This document shows, piece after piece, positions 10,307 through 19,598 of a stretch of 64,000 nucleotides of DNA. The stretch spans positions 13,702,001-13,766,000 of the forward strand of contig OZ024749.1 in NCBI GenBank assembly GCA_964016885.1, given 5' to 3'. This DNA comes from Eledone cirrhosa. Its lineage: Eukaryota. Numbering within the stretch: position 1 is the first letter of the stretch; every line of letters begins with the position of its first letter. The notes under the pieces were generated by a model that was not told the DNA's origin, ran no database searches, and saw nothing but the letters and a program-made list of their open reading frames with translations. Both the position numbers and the translations under genes were made by a program.

Positions 10307-10809
10307 TACCACATACTGAGAAGTGGTATGAGCATAAGCCAGAGGCGGTGATAGAAAACGATCAGGTGAAGGTGCTGTGGGATTTTAGGATACAGACGGA
10401 CAAGAAACTGGAACACAATAGACCTGACCTGGTGATTGTGGACAAAGAAAAAAGATTGTGCCTGATTGTGGATGTGGCCTGCCCATTCGACACGAGAGTG
10501 CAAGAGAAGGAGAGGGAGAAAATTAACCGATACCAGGACTTAAAGTGGGAGGTAAAAAGGATTTGGAACTGCCATGAAGTCAAAGTGGTCCCGATTGTCA
10601 TAGGCGCACTAGGGACTATCTCAAAAAGTTTCCAGGGATGGTTAAAGAAAATTGGCCCCTTCACGCTTTTTGAAACGTTCAAAAGGCATGCTTGCTGGGA
10701 ACAGCAAGAACCCTCCGATACGTCCTGAATATCTGAGGCTGCAGGTAGTAGCTTGATATTCATTTCAACAAACTTTCCAGTTAACTAACATCAATGACTG
10801 AGACTCAAA

Positions 10810-10810
<1 letters not shown>
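10306..10810 (+). mobile_element. 5'-truncated R4/Dong-like family A fragment, duplicate of 3683-4187
   Basis: Apparently identical sequence, same truncation point and frameshift; (AAT)10 before, (AAT)19 after. Confidence 0.85.
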
Positions 10811-10869
<59 letters not shown>

Positions 10870-11131
10870 TTTCTTTATTAACCACAAGGGTTTACATAAA
10901 GTAGACATTAAGGACAGTGCAGGACAATGCAGGACGGTACAAATGGGCATTTCTGCGTGTAAAAAAACAAAAACAGAGGATGTAACAAAAATAACAATGA
11001 AAATAACAATGAAAAAAATTCCCCAATAGGGGGGAGACTTCGGAGGGACATTTGTGGAGAAAGCCCAGTAAAAAGCCACAATGACCCTGACCACCAAGGC
11101 AAGTGCCCTCTCCCAGTTTTCCACCTTTAGT

Positions 11132-14100
11132 TTACAGATATATACTCAGAGTCGGCCCATTCACTCGGGCCATTCTTGCTTCTCTCACCCATCTTTCAAC
11201 AAAATGCTGGGAAGAGAGCACTTCCTTCTCTACTCTGATTTTCCTTTTCAAATGAAATTTGAAAAAGTCAATCAGAGCATCACCGAAGAGGTAAGTGCTC
11301 GTCTTCAGCCCTTTCAAACGTGTCCACCATACTATCTCTTTCGCCATGGCCACCAGACAGATAAAAACTGCCTGCCCTTCCCGGCTAAAGGAGGAGGGCG
11401 GGGCAATCCTCACGATAGACTCAGATGATAACTGGATCCGTCCTAAACGCGACAGCAGGTGTTCGACATAAACCCACAAGTCAGCAATTTTCGGACACTG
11501 GACGAGTGCGTGCAGGACGGTTTCGTCGCCCTGCGCGCATCTCGGACATGCCCGGCTGACGGCACCTCCATGCCTGTAGAGTTTATCCCGAACTGGCAAG
11601 GCTCCTCGGTAGCACTGCCAGGCCAGAGATTTCTGGAAGTTGTCCATAGGCCCTGGCCCGAAAGTTCTTCCGAAGAGATTGGCTAGTTGATTTTCGTCGA
11701 CGCCTAGAGTTTCCCCAAGTACGTCGTCGCTCTTCCCCTCCACTAATCCTCTATAGAACGCCGAGGTGGAGTTTCCACCGATCACATTGCCCGATTGGTC
11801 GAGGGCTGTGAGCGCCTGAAGACATTCCAGTCTCCAGGCGCTCCCTCTCGGTCTTCGCTTGACCCAGGACTGCAGCTCCGTCAAGGAAACGAGCTGGGGA
11901 AAAACGCGTCTAGCAAACGGCGACCACACCTGATCACCGTCGAGGAAGAGGTGGAGATGTCGTAGCCTGAGCGCGTGCCTGCGCATCATCAGCCACGGCA
12001 TGCCCAGCCCTCCACGTAGCGGGTGTTGACAACAGATGGACCGCCTGACCATCGGAGCACGTCCCTTCCACAAAAAGCGAAAGAGCAAACGCTCCAGCGC
12101 AGTCAGGCGAGGCTTAGGACAAGGTACGACGGTTAGGCGGTAGCAGATGACAGACGCGATGTACGCGTTAGCCACCTCCGCTCGACCTTTCAGGGATAGC
12201 TTCCTCTCCGCCCATTTCTGGGTGAGAGAAGCCACCCTGCTCGTCACCTCGTCCCAGTTTTTGTCCGTCTGGAGGTCCGGACCGAACCAGACCCCTAGCA
12301 ATTTAACCGGTCCGTCCGTCCAGCGCCCGACGACGCTGTTGGACGGCATGGACCTGCCTCTCCAGGTGCCGAGCTGCAGGCCCACTGACTTTTCCTGGTT
12401 GATCATTGCTCCTGTCACCGCTTCGTATTCTCTTAGTGTAGTGCCGATCGCCTCGATGTGTTTGGCGTTCGACACCACTACGGTGACATCGTCCGCATAT
12501 GCTGACACGGATCTTCCGCATCCTAGTTCGCGCGGGACCCCCCTCAACGTCTCCAGTTTGTGCAGTAATGGCTCGAGAGTCAATACGTACAAGAGGGACG
12601 AGAGGGGACATCCTTGGCGGACCGAGCGCATGATGTTGAACGGTTCCGACAGGTGACCGTTCACTCTCACCACAGAGCAGATGTCGCTGTGCATGGCAGC
12701 GATCCAGCCTCTGAAGACGGGCCCAAAGCCAGCCGCCCTCAGGACTGCCGCTAGGTAACGATGGTCGACCCTATCGAAAGCTTTCGACTGATCTAAATTG
12801 ATCAAGGACCCACCCGTGCCAGGTTCCCTAGCTACCCTCTCTACGATGTATCGCATGAGGTGGAGGTTGTCGTGGATGGATCTGTCGGGAATGGCGCATG
12901 TCTGCGCCTCTCCCACCAGACCACCAACGACAAGCGCCAACCTCTTTGCTAGCACCTTGGCCAAAATCTTAAACTCTGTGTTTAGCAGAGTTATGGGCCG
13001 GAAATTGTCTATGTTATCCCCCTTGTTCGGATCCTTTCTCAGCAGTGCCACCGCTCCTCGGCTCACAGAACTGGGAATTCTCCCGTTCTGTTGCCAGTTG
13101 CAGTAGACGTCCGCCAAGAGGCCTCCGAACAAGTCTGGCATCTGTACGTAAAGTTCATAGGGCAGACCATCCAAACCAGGCGATTTACCCCTTGTGCAGC
13201 CAGTCATTGCCTCCCGTACTTCAGCGGCTGTTATCGGCTTTTCGCAACACCTCGCCTCAGTGGCCGAGAGCCGCGGCAGCCCGTCGAGGTAGACACTAAA
13301 GTCCATCCCTCTACCCGGCCCCCCGCTGGCCCCGAACAGCTGAGCGAAGTGTCGCTGAAAAGCTTCACACATTTGCCCGGGATCGAGTAGCATGCGCCCG
13401 TCGTGGTCCACCAAAGACCGGATCGTGGCTTTGTTGCCACGACGCGCCTCCGCCACTCGGGCCCATTGAACGGCTTTCGTCCCCTCGTGTCTGAGAGCAC
13501 GCACCCTAGCTCTGACAACGCAGCCTTCGTGCTTTGCATTGAAGAATTGGTCAAGGGCCAATTTCGCCGCAAGCACGTCGGTTGCAATGCCTTTGCTAAG
13601 CGCCTCGTCTAATTTTCTAACTAGTTCTCCCTCTGCTCTATTTTTCTCTATTGCTAAAGCCTTACTAAACCTAATCGATTCTATTCTAATCGCTCTTTTC
13701 AGAGCAAACCACCACTTGTTGTTGACGATGGCCCCCGTCAACGCCCGCTTAACTAGTTCGCTAATCCGGTCTCTGTAGGCCTTGCGCGCTGGTAAGGACG
13801 CGTTTAGCTTCCAGTAGCCGGGTCCTCGTCTATGAAGCCTATCTAAGTCAAGCACACAGGTCACGAATTTGTGGTCCGTGTAGCTGACTATCTTGAATTG
13901 TGGACAGCCTATGCTAGACCTATCTATTTCCCTACAAAATACTCTATCTAGATATGATCTGGATGACCCTATGCGGTTTGTCCAAGTCCACATTGGCACA
14001 TTCGGGAAATCCAATCGGTACCTGTCAGACAGTTCAAAACGCCTGAGCAGGTTGGTGAGGCTCTTGCACCCTCCACCCCTATCCGCTAATCCCACACAGT

Positions 14101-14551
14101 CCCAGCGTGCATCTAAGATCCCGTTCCAGTCGCCCACTAACACTAAAGAGCGGGACGTTCCAAGAAAGGTCTCCAGACGCCGGAAGAAATCAGGCCGCCC
14201 TGCTCCTGTCGGGGCATAGACGGCCACTAGCCTGAAAGCTTGCCCGTCTCCGCTGGTCACGTCCAGCACCACCAGCTTACCCTCTGGGTCCAGGAAGATG
14301 GCCCGTATGGCGAGATCCAAACCTCTCCGAAAAAGTACAGCAACTCCTCCACCGGATCCAGGACGGCTGGGAGATGCGTACACATCGTAGCCGCCGAAGA
14401 TCGGTGCGAAGGCCCGTGCTTCGGAGATTCTGGTCTCGCTGATGGCCACTACATCTATGTTTAGTGACCTGAGGTCGTTGAGCAGGTGACCCTGCTTCCA
14501 TGACGACCCCAAGCCACGCGCATTTATGCTGCCTATTCTGAGTGAGGTCAT
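11132..14551 (-). CDS. Tx1 ORF2 (APE-RT-zf), 1139 aa
   Basis: Same motifs as 4510-7929; I see two amino-acid differences. Confidence 0.95.
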   Translation of the reverse strand: MTSLRIGSINARGLGSSWKQGHLLNDLRSLNIDVVAISETRISEARAFAPIFGGYDVYASPSRPGSGGGVAVLFRRGLDLAIRAIFLDPEGKLVVLDVTSGDGQAFRLVAVYAPTGAGRPDFFRRLETFLGTSRSLVLVGDWNGILDARWDCVGLADRGGGCKSLTNLLRRFELSDRYRLDFPNVPMWTWTNRIGSSRSYLDRVFCREIDRSSIGCPQFKIVSYTDHKFVTCVLDLDRLHRRGPGYWKLNASLPARKAYRDRISELVKRALTGAIVNNKWWFALKRAIRIESIRFSKALAIEKNRAEGELVRKLDEALSKGIATDVLAAKLALDQFFNAKHEGCVVRARVRALRHEGTKAVQWARVAEARRGNKATIRSLVDHDGRMLLDPGQMCEAFQRHFAQLFGASGGPGRGMDFSVYLDGLPRLSATEARCCEKPITAAEVREAMTGCTRGKSPGLDGLPYELYVQMPDLFGGLLADVYCNWQQNGRIPSSVSRGAVALLRKDPNKGDNIDNFRPITLLNTEFKILAKVLAKRLALVVGGLVGEAQTCAIPDRSIHDNLHLMRYIVERVAREPGTGGSLINLDQSKAFDRVDHRYLAAVLRAAGFGPVFRGWIAAMHSDICSVVRVNGHLSEPFNIMRSVRQGCPLSSLLYVLTLEPLLHKLETLRGVPRELGCGRSVSAYADDVTVVVSNAKHIEAIGTTLREYEAVTGAMINQEKSVGLQLGTWRGRSMPSNSVVGRWTDGPVKLLGVWFGPDLQTDKNWDEVTSRVASLTQKWAERKLSLKGRAEVANAYIASVICYRLTVVPCPKPRLTALERLLFRFLWKGRAPMVRRSICCQHPLRGGLGMPWLMMRRHALRLRHLHLFLDGDQVWSPFARRVFPQLVSLTELQSWVKRRPRGSAWRLECLQALTALDQSGNVIGGNSTSAFYRGLVEGKSDDVLGETLGVDENQLANLFGRTFGPGPMDNFQKSLAWQCYRGALPVRDKLYRHGGAVSRACPRCAQGDETVLHALVQCPKIADLWVYVEHLLSRLGRIQLSSESIVRIAPPSSFSREGQAVFICLVAMAKEIVWWTRLKGLKTSTYLFGDALIDFFKFHLKRKIRVEKEVLSSQHFVERWVREARMARVNGPTLSIYL

Positions 14552-14586
14552 GTTTAAAATAGAGTGGAAAAGATGGGAAAGACCAC

Positions 14587-16686
14587 TTACCGTATTTTTG
14601 GTAGAGGAGGGATGGTTTTTACATCCCTTTTCACTTGATCGTCTGGTGAAGGGACCGTTGAATCGTCCCTTCGGCTGGTCGTCGGCTCTTCTAAGAGAAT
14701 GTCTGAATATACTCTTCGATTAATGGTTCCTCCTAGGTCCCTGAAATCACCAACTGCGTTGGGGAATTTCGTTTTAATGTTTGTGTATTGTTTCTGTGCT
14801 ATTTTTAGCAGTCTTATGTTAGTTGGCGTTTTGATTGGTGCTGGTATTATGTAGTCCTGTTGTGAAATGTCTGTGTGTTCAATTATGTAAGTCATTAGTT
14901 TCTTGTTGTGTGTGTTTATTGCCGTGCATTTGTTTTTCTGGGGGTGGGGTGTGGTTCTGCTATTTTCTTGTCGTTGTTGCTGGGTGTGTGTGTTTTGTTG
15001 TTGTGTTTGCGATGTTGGTGCTTGTGGTGGTGGTGTTGAAGGTGTTGTTGGCGGTGGGGTTGTCGCCGGTGGTGATGGTGGTGCTGGTGTGGGTGGTGAT
15101 GGTGTTGGTGGTGTTGTTGCTGTGGGTCTCTTTGCAGTAGACTTTACCCTTTTCTCATTTCTTTCCTCCCTTTTCAAAGGCGACGATGCGCTGCTTCTGC
15201 GTTTGTGCCTTCTTGAGACCTTTTGCCATCCCTCTCCCACCTCACACTCCATGTCTGATTCTGTAAGGTCGGGGAGGGGTACCAGCTCCACTCTTTCACT
15301 TGTTGTTGTTGGTGATGTTTGCACTGGAGTCTCTGTTGCAGCTGCATTTGGTATTGCTGTTGTTGTTGTTAATATTTCCACTGCTGCTGCTGTCTTTGAT
15401 TTCCGTGGAGTGGGTATGGGTGCCACGGACCTATCGTTCCTGGTTGCCGCTTGTCCTGTTGCTGGTAGCCGTGGAACCGGATTCGGGAGGAGGGGGGTTT
15501 TCTCCTTTCTCAGGGTCTTCTCGTTGCAGAAGGCCCTGAGGTGAGTCTTCGATCCACAGCGAAAGCATTTCGGGCGTTTGCCCTCAACACTTATGGGCAG
15601 TTGAGTGCCGTTATCGAAGTCTATCACATCCGGGATAGCTTCGATGCACTCCTGGTTGGTTTGGATTAGCATCTCAATGGAGGAGCCGACCCAATCTTCT
15701 CTTACTTTTTTCTGTACTTGCAGTACAGTTGTTTTGTCCTCGATTCCGACGAGGACAGACGCGGCCAGCCAAGAAGGGGTCATTCCGGGGGGGACGTGGG
15801 TCAGTTTGACCCTCACAATTTTTTGCCCGCAGTAGGAGGGCACCAACACCATTTCCTCGCTCCTTAGGGTCACTACTGATTGGGCCTTTGCCTCCTGGGG
15901 TGTGGCAAAAAGTACGTCTACGGTGGCGTATTTTTTGCCTCGGGTGATGTGCGTTTTCCTCTGCCACACAGACCCCAAGGCTTTTTGTATTTGGGCCTCT
16001 GTGGCTCTTTCCACCCTACGGGATTTTGTACTTACTGTACGGTACGTGACCGTACAGTGCTCTTGGGTTTCGAAAAAATTTTTCGCTGCCTTGCAGATTG
16101 CTCGGTGTCCGTTCTTTGTCACCATCTTCTTCGCTTCCTCTAATTCCTCATTTGTTATGAGGATTGTTTCCAGGTTTTTCGCAATACCTGCAAATGAGAT
16201 TGGTTTTTCTCTGCTGTTGTTGTTGTCGTCAGAGCTGCTGGTACTTTTGTTGTTGCTGCAGGTACTACGACTACTGCCTCCGCCGCTGTTGCTGTGGTTG
16301 TTGTTGGTGTTGCTGCTGCTAATGCTGTTGTTGTTTATGCTGCTGGTGATGCTGTTGCGGCTGCTACTGTTGTTTTCATTGTCACTGTTGCTGTTGTTAT
16401 TACGGCTGCTACTGCTATTATTCCTGACGTCAGACGAATGAACTGGGTTTTCGTATTTCCCGCACACCTGTTTCGTCGCTGTCGTCGTCGTCGTGGAGAA
16501 ACCTTGTACGCTTTGCACGAGACTTTTCTTTTCTTTCGTCGCTTGCGAAAGAGAAGGTAGGGAGAGAGACACATTTAAAGAAGGGAGGGAGAGAGACAAT
16601 CTTCTCTCTCCTGTAGTGATGATTGAGGAAGAAGAAGACGGAATGAGTGGGAGTGACGTATGAAATTTTTTTTTTTTGGTAGCCAT
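14587..16686 (-). CDS. Tx1 ORF1 (CCHC zinc knuckle)
   Basis: ATG at 16686; in-frame indels relative to copy 1. Confidence 0.85.
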   Translation of the reverse strand: MATKKKKFHTSLPLIPSSSSSIITTGERRLSLSLPSLNVSLSLPSLSQATKEKKSLVQSVQGFSTTTTTATKQVCGKYENPVHSSDVRNNSSSSRNNNSNSDNENNSSSRNSITSSINNNSISSSNTNNNHSNSGGGSSRSTCSNNKSTSSSDDNNNSREKPISFAGIAKNLETILITNEELEEAKKMVTKNGHRAICKAAKNFFETQEHCTVTYRTVSTKSRRVERATEAQIQKALGSVWQRKTHITRGKKYATVDVLFATPQEAKAQSVVTLRSEEMVLVPSYCGQKIVRVKLTHVPPGMTPSWLAASVLVGIEDKTTVLQVQKKVREDWVGSSIEMLIQTNQECIEAIPDVIDFDNGTQLPISVEGKRPKCFRCGSKTHLRAFCNEKTLRKEKTPLLPNPVPRLPATGQAATRNDRSVAPIPTPRKSKTAAAVEILTTTTAIPNAAATETPVQTSPTTTSERVELVPLPDLTESDMECEVGEGWQKVSRRHKRRSSASSPLKREERNEKRVKSTAKRPTATTPPTPSPPTPAPPSPPATTPPPTTPSTPPPQAPTSQTQQQNTHTQQQRQENSRTTPHPQKNKCTAINTHNKKLMTYIIEHTDISQQDYIIPAPIKTPTNIRLLKIAQKQYTNIKTKFPNAVGDFRDLGGTINRRVYSDILLEEPTTSRRDDSTVPSPDDQVKRDVKTIPPLPKIR

Positions 16687-16890
16687 GTTTTTTTGTTTAA
16701 AATGAAATTTTGGGTACAAAACCCCAATAACTGGCTATTTAACCCCGAAGGGCCAAATAACGGACAGAAAGACCCCTCTCACGAGGAGGAGGGTGTCTTT
16801 ATCAACAATTTGGTTCAAGTTTTAAACAATTTACAATTGTTTTAACGGTTAAAAATTACTATACCTTACAGAGCCGAGCCTCCGTCAACC

Positions 16891-19494
16891 ATGGCATTCA
16901 ATAATAATAATAATAATAATAAGCTTGAGTCACTACTGAATGGGACACTAAAAAACATAGGCACTAAAAATAGACTGGAAATAAAATACAAAACTAGGAG
17001 TAAAAAGCTAAATATTATCATAGAGGAATTGAAGCAACGCATTGTAGCAAAGAGTGCCAAAATCAGGCGATACGAGAACAGAGTCAGTCAGTATAAACAG
17101 AACCGCATGTTCGACAACAACCAGAAGATGCTGTTTGGACAGCTTGAGGGGAAAGAAAGAGGCAACGACTTGATCCCTGGGGCGGAACAAGCTAAAACAT
17201 TCTGGAGAGGAATATGGGAGCAGGATGTTAGACACAATGCCCAGGCAGGGTGGATTGAGACAGTACAGAGGGAGATCGGTGAGCAGGCACAGCAACAGAC
17301 TGATTTGAGTATCACAGTTGAAACTCTTAAGGGGCAAGCCAAAAAACTAACCAACTGGAAATCACCAGGCCCAGATGGTGTGCAGGGGTATTGGATTAAA
17401 CATTTAACATCCCTCCACCCGAAGCTGACGGCCATGTTCAATGACTGCTTGGTGTCGGGTGAGGTGCCAGAGTGGTTGACAAAAGGTACCACAGTTCTGA
17501 TAATGAAAGACCGAATCAAGGGTAATGATGTTACCAACTATAGACCTATCACATGTCTGCCCGTAATGTGGAAACTGTTGACGAGCATTGTGTCTGAGGA
17601 AATCTACCATCACCTCCACACAAACAACTTGTTGCCGGACGAACAGAAAGGATGCCGAAAGAAGTCACATGGTACAAAGGACCAGTTGCTTATTGATAAG
17701 ATGGTAATGGGGAATTGCAGGAGGAGACACACTGATCTTGCCATGGGATGGATAGACTACAGAAAGGCATTTGACATGGTGCCTCATTCCTGGATCACCA
17801 AAAGCCTGGAGATCTTCAGGGTGGCAGATAACATCAGACAGTTGCTGGGCAGGAGTATGGGGTCCTGGGAGACAGAGTTGACATCAACTGGAGTATCCTT
17901 GGGAAGCGTGAAGATCAAGAGAGGTATCTTCCAGGGAGATAGCCTGTCCCCTCTGTTGTTTGTCCTTGCCCTGATGCCCTTGACCATTATGCTGCGAAAA
18001 GTGAGAGCAGGATACAAGTTGGGAAGGGGAGAGCTTACCATCAATCACCTCCTCTTCATGGACGATCTTAAGCTCTTCGGGAAAAGTGAGAAGGAGTTGG
18101 ATGTGCTTGTTGACACTGTCCGTATTTTCAGCAGTGATATATGTATGCAGTTTGGTATTGGTAAATGTGGAGTCATTGTGATGAGGAGGGGTAGGTTGAG
18201 CAGAAGTAACGGGATCCAGATACCAACAGGTGAGATGATAAAGGAAATTGACTCTGAGGAAGGATACAAGTATTTGGGCGTTCTGGACGCTGATGGCATA
18301 AAGAACAAAAAAATGAAGGAATTGTTAAGAACTGAATACATTCGGAGAGTAAGGAGCGTATTGAAGTCACATCTGAACAGCAGAAATGCCATAAGCGCAG
18401 TAAATTCCCGAGCTGTGTCTATTATTAGGTACAGTGCGGGAATTCTGAGATGGAATGTTGCTGAACAAAAAGAAATGGATAGGAAGACTAGGAAGCTATT
18501 GACTATCTACAACATGTTCCACAAGAGGAGTGATGTCGATAGACTCTACCTAAGGAGATCTGAGGGTGGAAGAGGTCTTATCAGCATAGAGGACTGTGTT
18601 CAGATGGAGAAAAACAACCTATACAAATACGTGACCTATAGTAAGGAGCCAATGCTCAGAGCTGTACTGAAGGAGGGGACAGTAGGCCAGGGGATACCCA
18701 AGGAGGAAATAACATCAAGGAGGAAGAGCAGCCTTAAGGGAAAATCCCTTCATAGTACCTTCTTTGAGAAAACTGAATTTAGAGATCCACAGACATGGAA
18801 CTGGTTGAGAAGAGGAGACCTCAAAAAGGCTACAGAAGGAATGCTAATGGCTGCGCAGGAGCAGGCCCTCAAAACGAAGTGGTTGAAGCACCATATCTAC
18901 AAGGAGGAGGCTAGCCCACTGTGCAGGATCTGTGGAGAGAGAGAGGAGACTGTGGCTCACATTGTGTCCGAGTGTAAACACCTAGCTCAGACTCACTATA
19001 AGGGCTGGAGACACGATGTGATGGGCAGGGTGATCCACTGGCACCTGTGCAAAGTAAACAATCTACCACATTCTGAGAAATGGTATGAGCATAGGCCAGA
19101 GGCGGTGATGGAGAACAGTCAGGTGAAGGTGCTGTGGGATTTTAGGATACAGACGGACAAAAAACTGGAACACAATAGACCTGACCTGGTGGTTGTGGAC
19201 AAAGAAAAAAGATCGTGCCTGATTGTGGATGTGGCCTGCCCGTTCGACACGAGAGTGCAAGAGAAGGAGAGGGAGAAAATTAACCGATACCAGGACCTAA
19301 AGTGGGAGGTGAAAAGGATTTGGAACTGCCATGAAGTCAAAGTGATCCCGATTGTCATAGGCGCACTGGGGACTATCTCCAAAGGTTTCCAGGGATGGTT
19401 AAAGAAAATCGGCCCCTTCACGCTTTTTGGAACGCTTCAAAAGGCATGCTTGCTTGGAACGGCAAGAACCCTCCGATACGTCCTGAATATCTGA
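16891..19494 (+). CDS. R4/Dong-type RT + CCHC finger + RLE endonuclease (family A); native N-terminus missing, ATG supplied by adjacent Tx1 antisense sequence
   Basis: PGPDG, YRPITCL, IDYRKAFDMVPH, FQGDSLSP, FMDD, YKYLG; CRIC-X8-H-X4-C; RHD; RPD..D; KINRY. Confidence 0.85.
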   Translation: MAFNNNNNNNKLESLLNGTLKNIGTKNRLEIKYKTRSKKLNIIIEELKQRIVAKSAKIRRYENRVSQYKQNRMFDNNQKMLFGQLEGKERGNDLIPGAEQAKTFWRGIWEQDVRHNAQAGWIETVQREIGEQAQQQTDLSITVETLKGQAKKLTNWKSPGPDGVQGYWIKHLTSLHPKLTAMFNDCLVSGEVPEWLTKGTTVLIMKDRIKGNDVTNYRPITCLPVMWKLLTSIVSEEIYHHLHTNNLLPDEQKGCRKKSHGTKDQLLIDKMVMGNCRRRHTDLAMGWIDYRKAFDMVPHSWITKSLEIFRVADNIRQLLGRSMGSWETELTSTGVSLGSVKIKRGIFQGDSLSPLLFVLALMPLTIMLRKVRAGYKLGRGELTINHLLFMDDLKLFGKSEKELDVLVDTVRIFSSDICMQFGIGKCGVIVMRRGRLSRSNGIQIPTGEMIKEIDSEEGYKYLGVLDADGIKNKKMKELLRTEYIRRVRSVLKSHLNSRNAISAVNSRAVSIIRYSAGILRWNVAEQKEMDRKTRKLLTIYNMFHKRSDVDRLYLRRSEGGRGLISIEDCVQMEKNNLYKYVTYSKEPMLRAVLKEGTVGQGIPKEEITSRRKSSLKGKSLHSTFFEKTEFRDPQTWNWLRRGDLKKATEGMLMAAQEQALKTKWLKHHIYKEEASPLCRICGEREETVAHIVSECKHLAQTHYKGWRHDVMGRVIHWHLCKVNNLPHSEKWYEHRPEAVMENSQVKVLWDFRIQTDKKLEHNRPDLVVVDKEKRSCLIVDVACPFDTRVQEKEREKINRYQDLKWEVKRIWNCHEVKVIPIVIGALGTISKGFQGWLKKIGPFTLFGTLQKACLLGTARTLRYVLNI

Positions 19495-19568
19495 GGCTGC
19501 AGGTAGTGGCTTGATATTCAATCCAACGGACTTTCCAGTTAACCAACATCAATGACTGAGATTCAAGG
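16921..19568 (+). mobile_element. R4/Dong-like RLE non-LTR retrotransposon family A, 5'-truncated
   Basis: Single RT-RLE ORF, short 3'UTR, (AAT)n on both sides as known for TAA-targeting Dong elements. Confidence 0.85.
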
Positions 19569-19598
19569 AATAACAATAACAATAATAATAATAATAAT

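Larger units (their letters stand above)
10868..16899 (-). mobile_element. Full-length Tx1-clade non-LTR retrotransposon, copy 3 (both ORFs intact)
   Basis: Same structure as copy 2; flanked by (AAT)19 and (AAT)7. Confidence 0.92.

Noticed and set aside
165-16845. Many short plus-strand ORFs inside the Tx1 copies
   Set aside because: Shadow frames of ORF1/ORF2 without recognisable motifs; repeated only because the element is repeated
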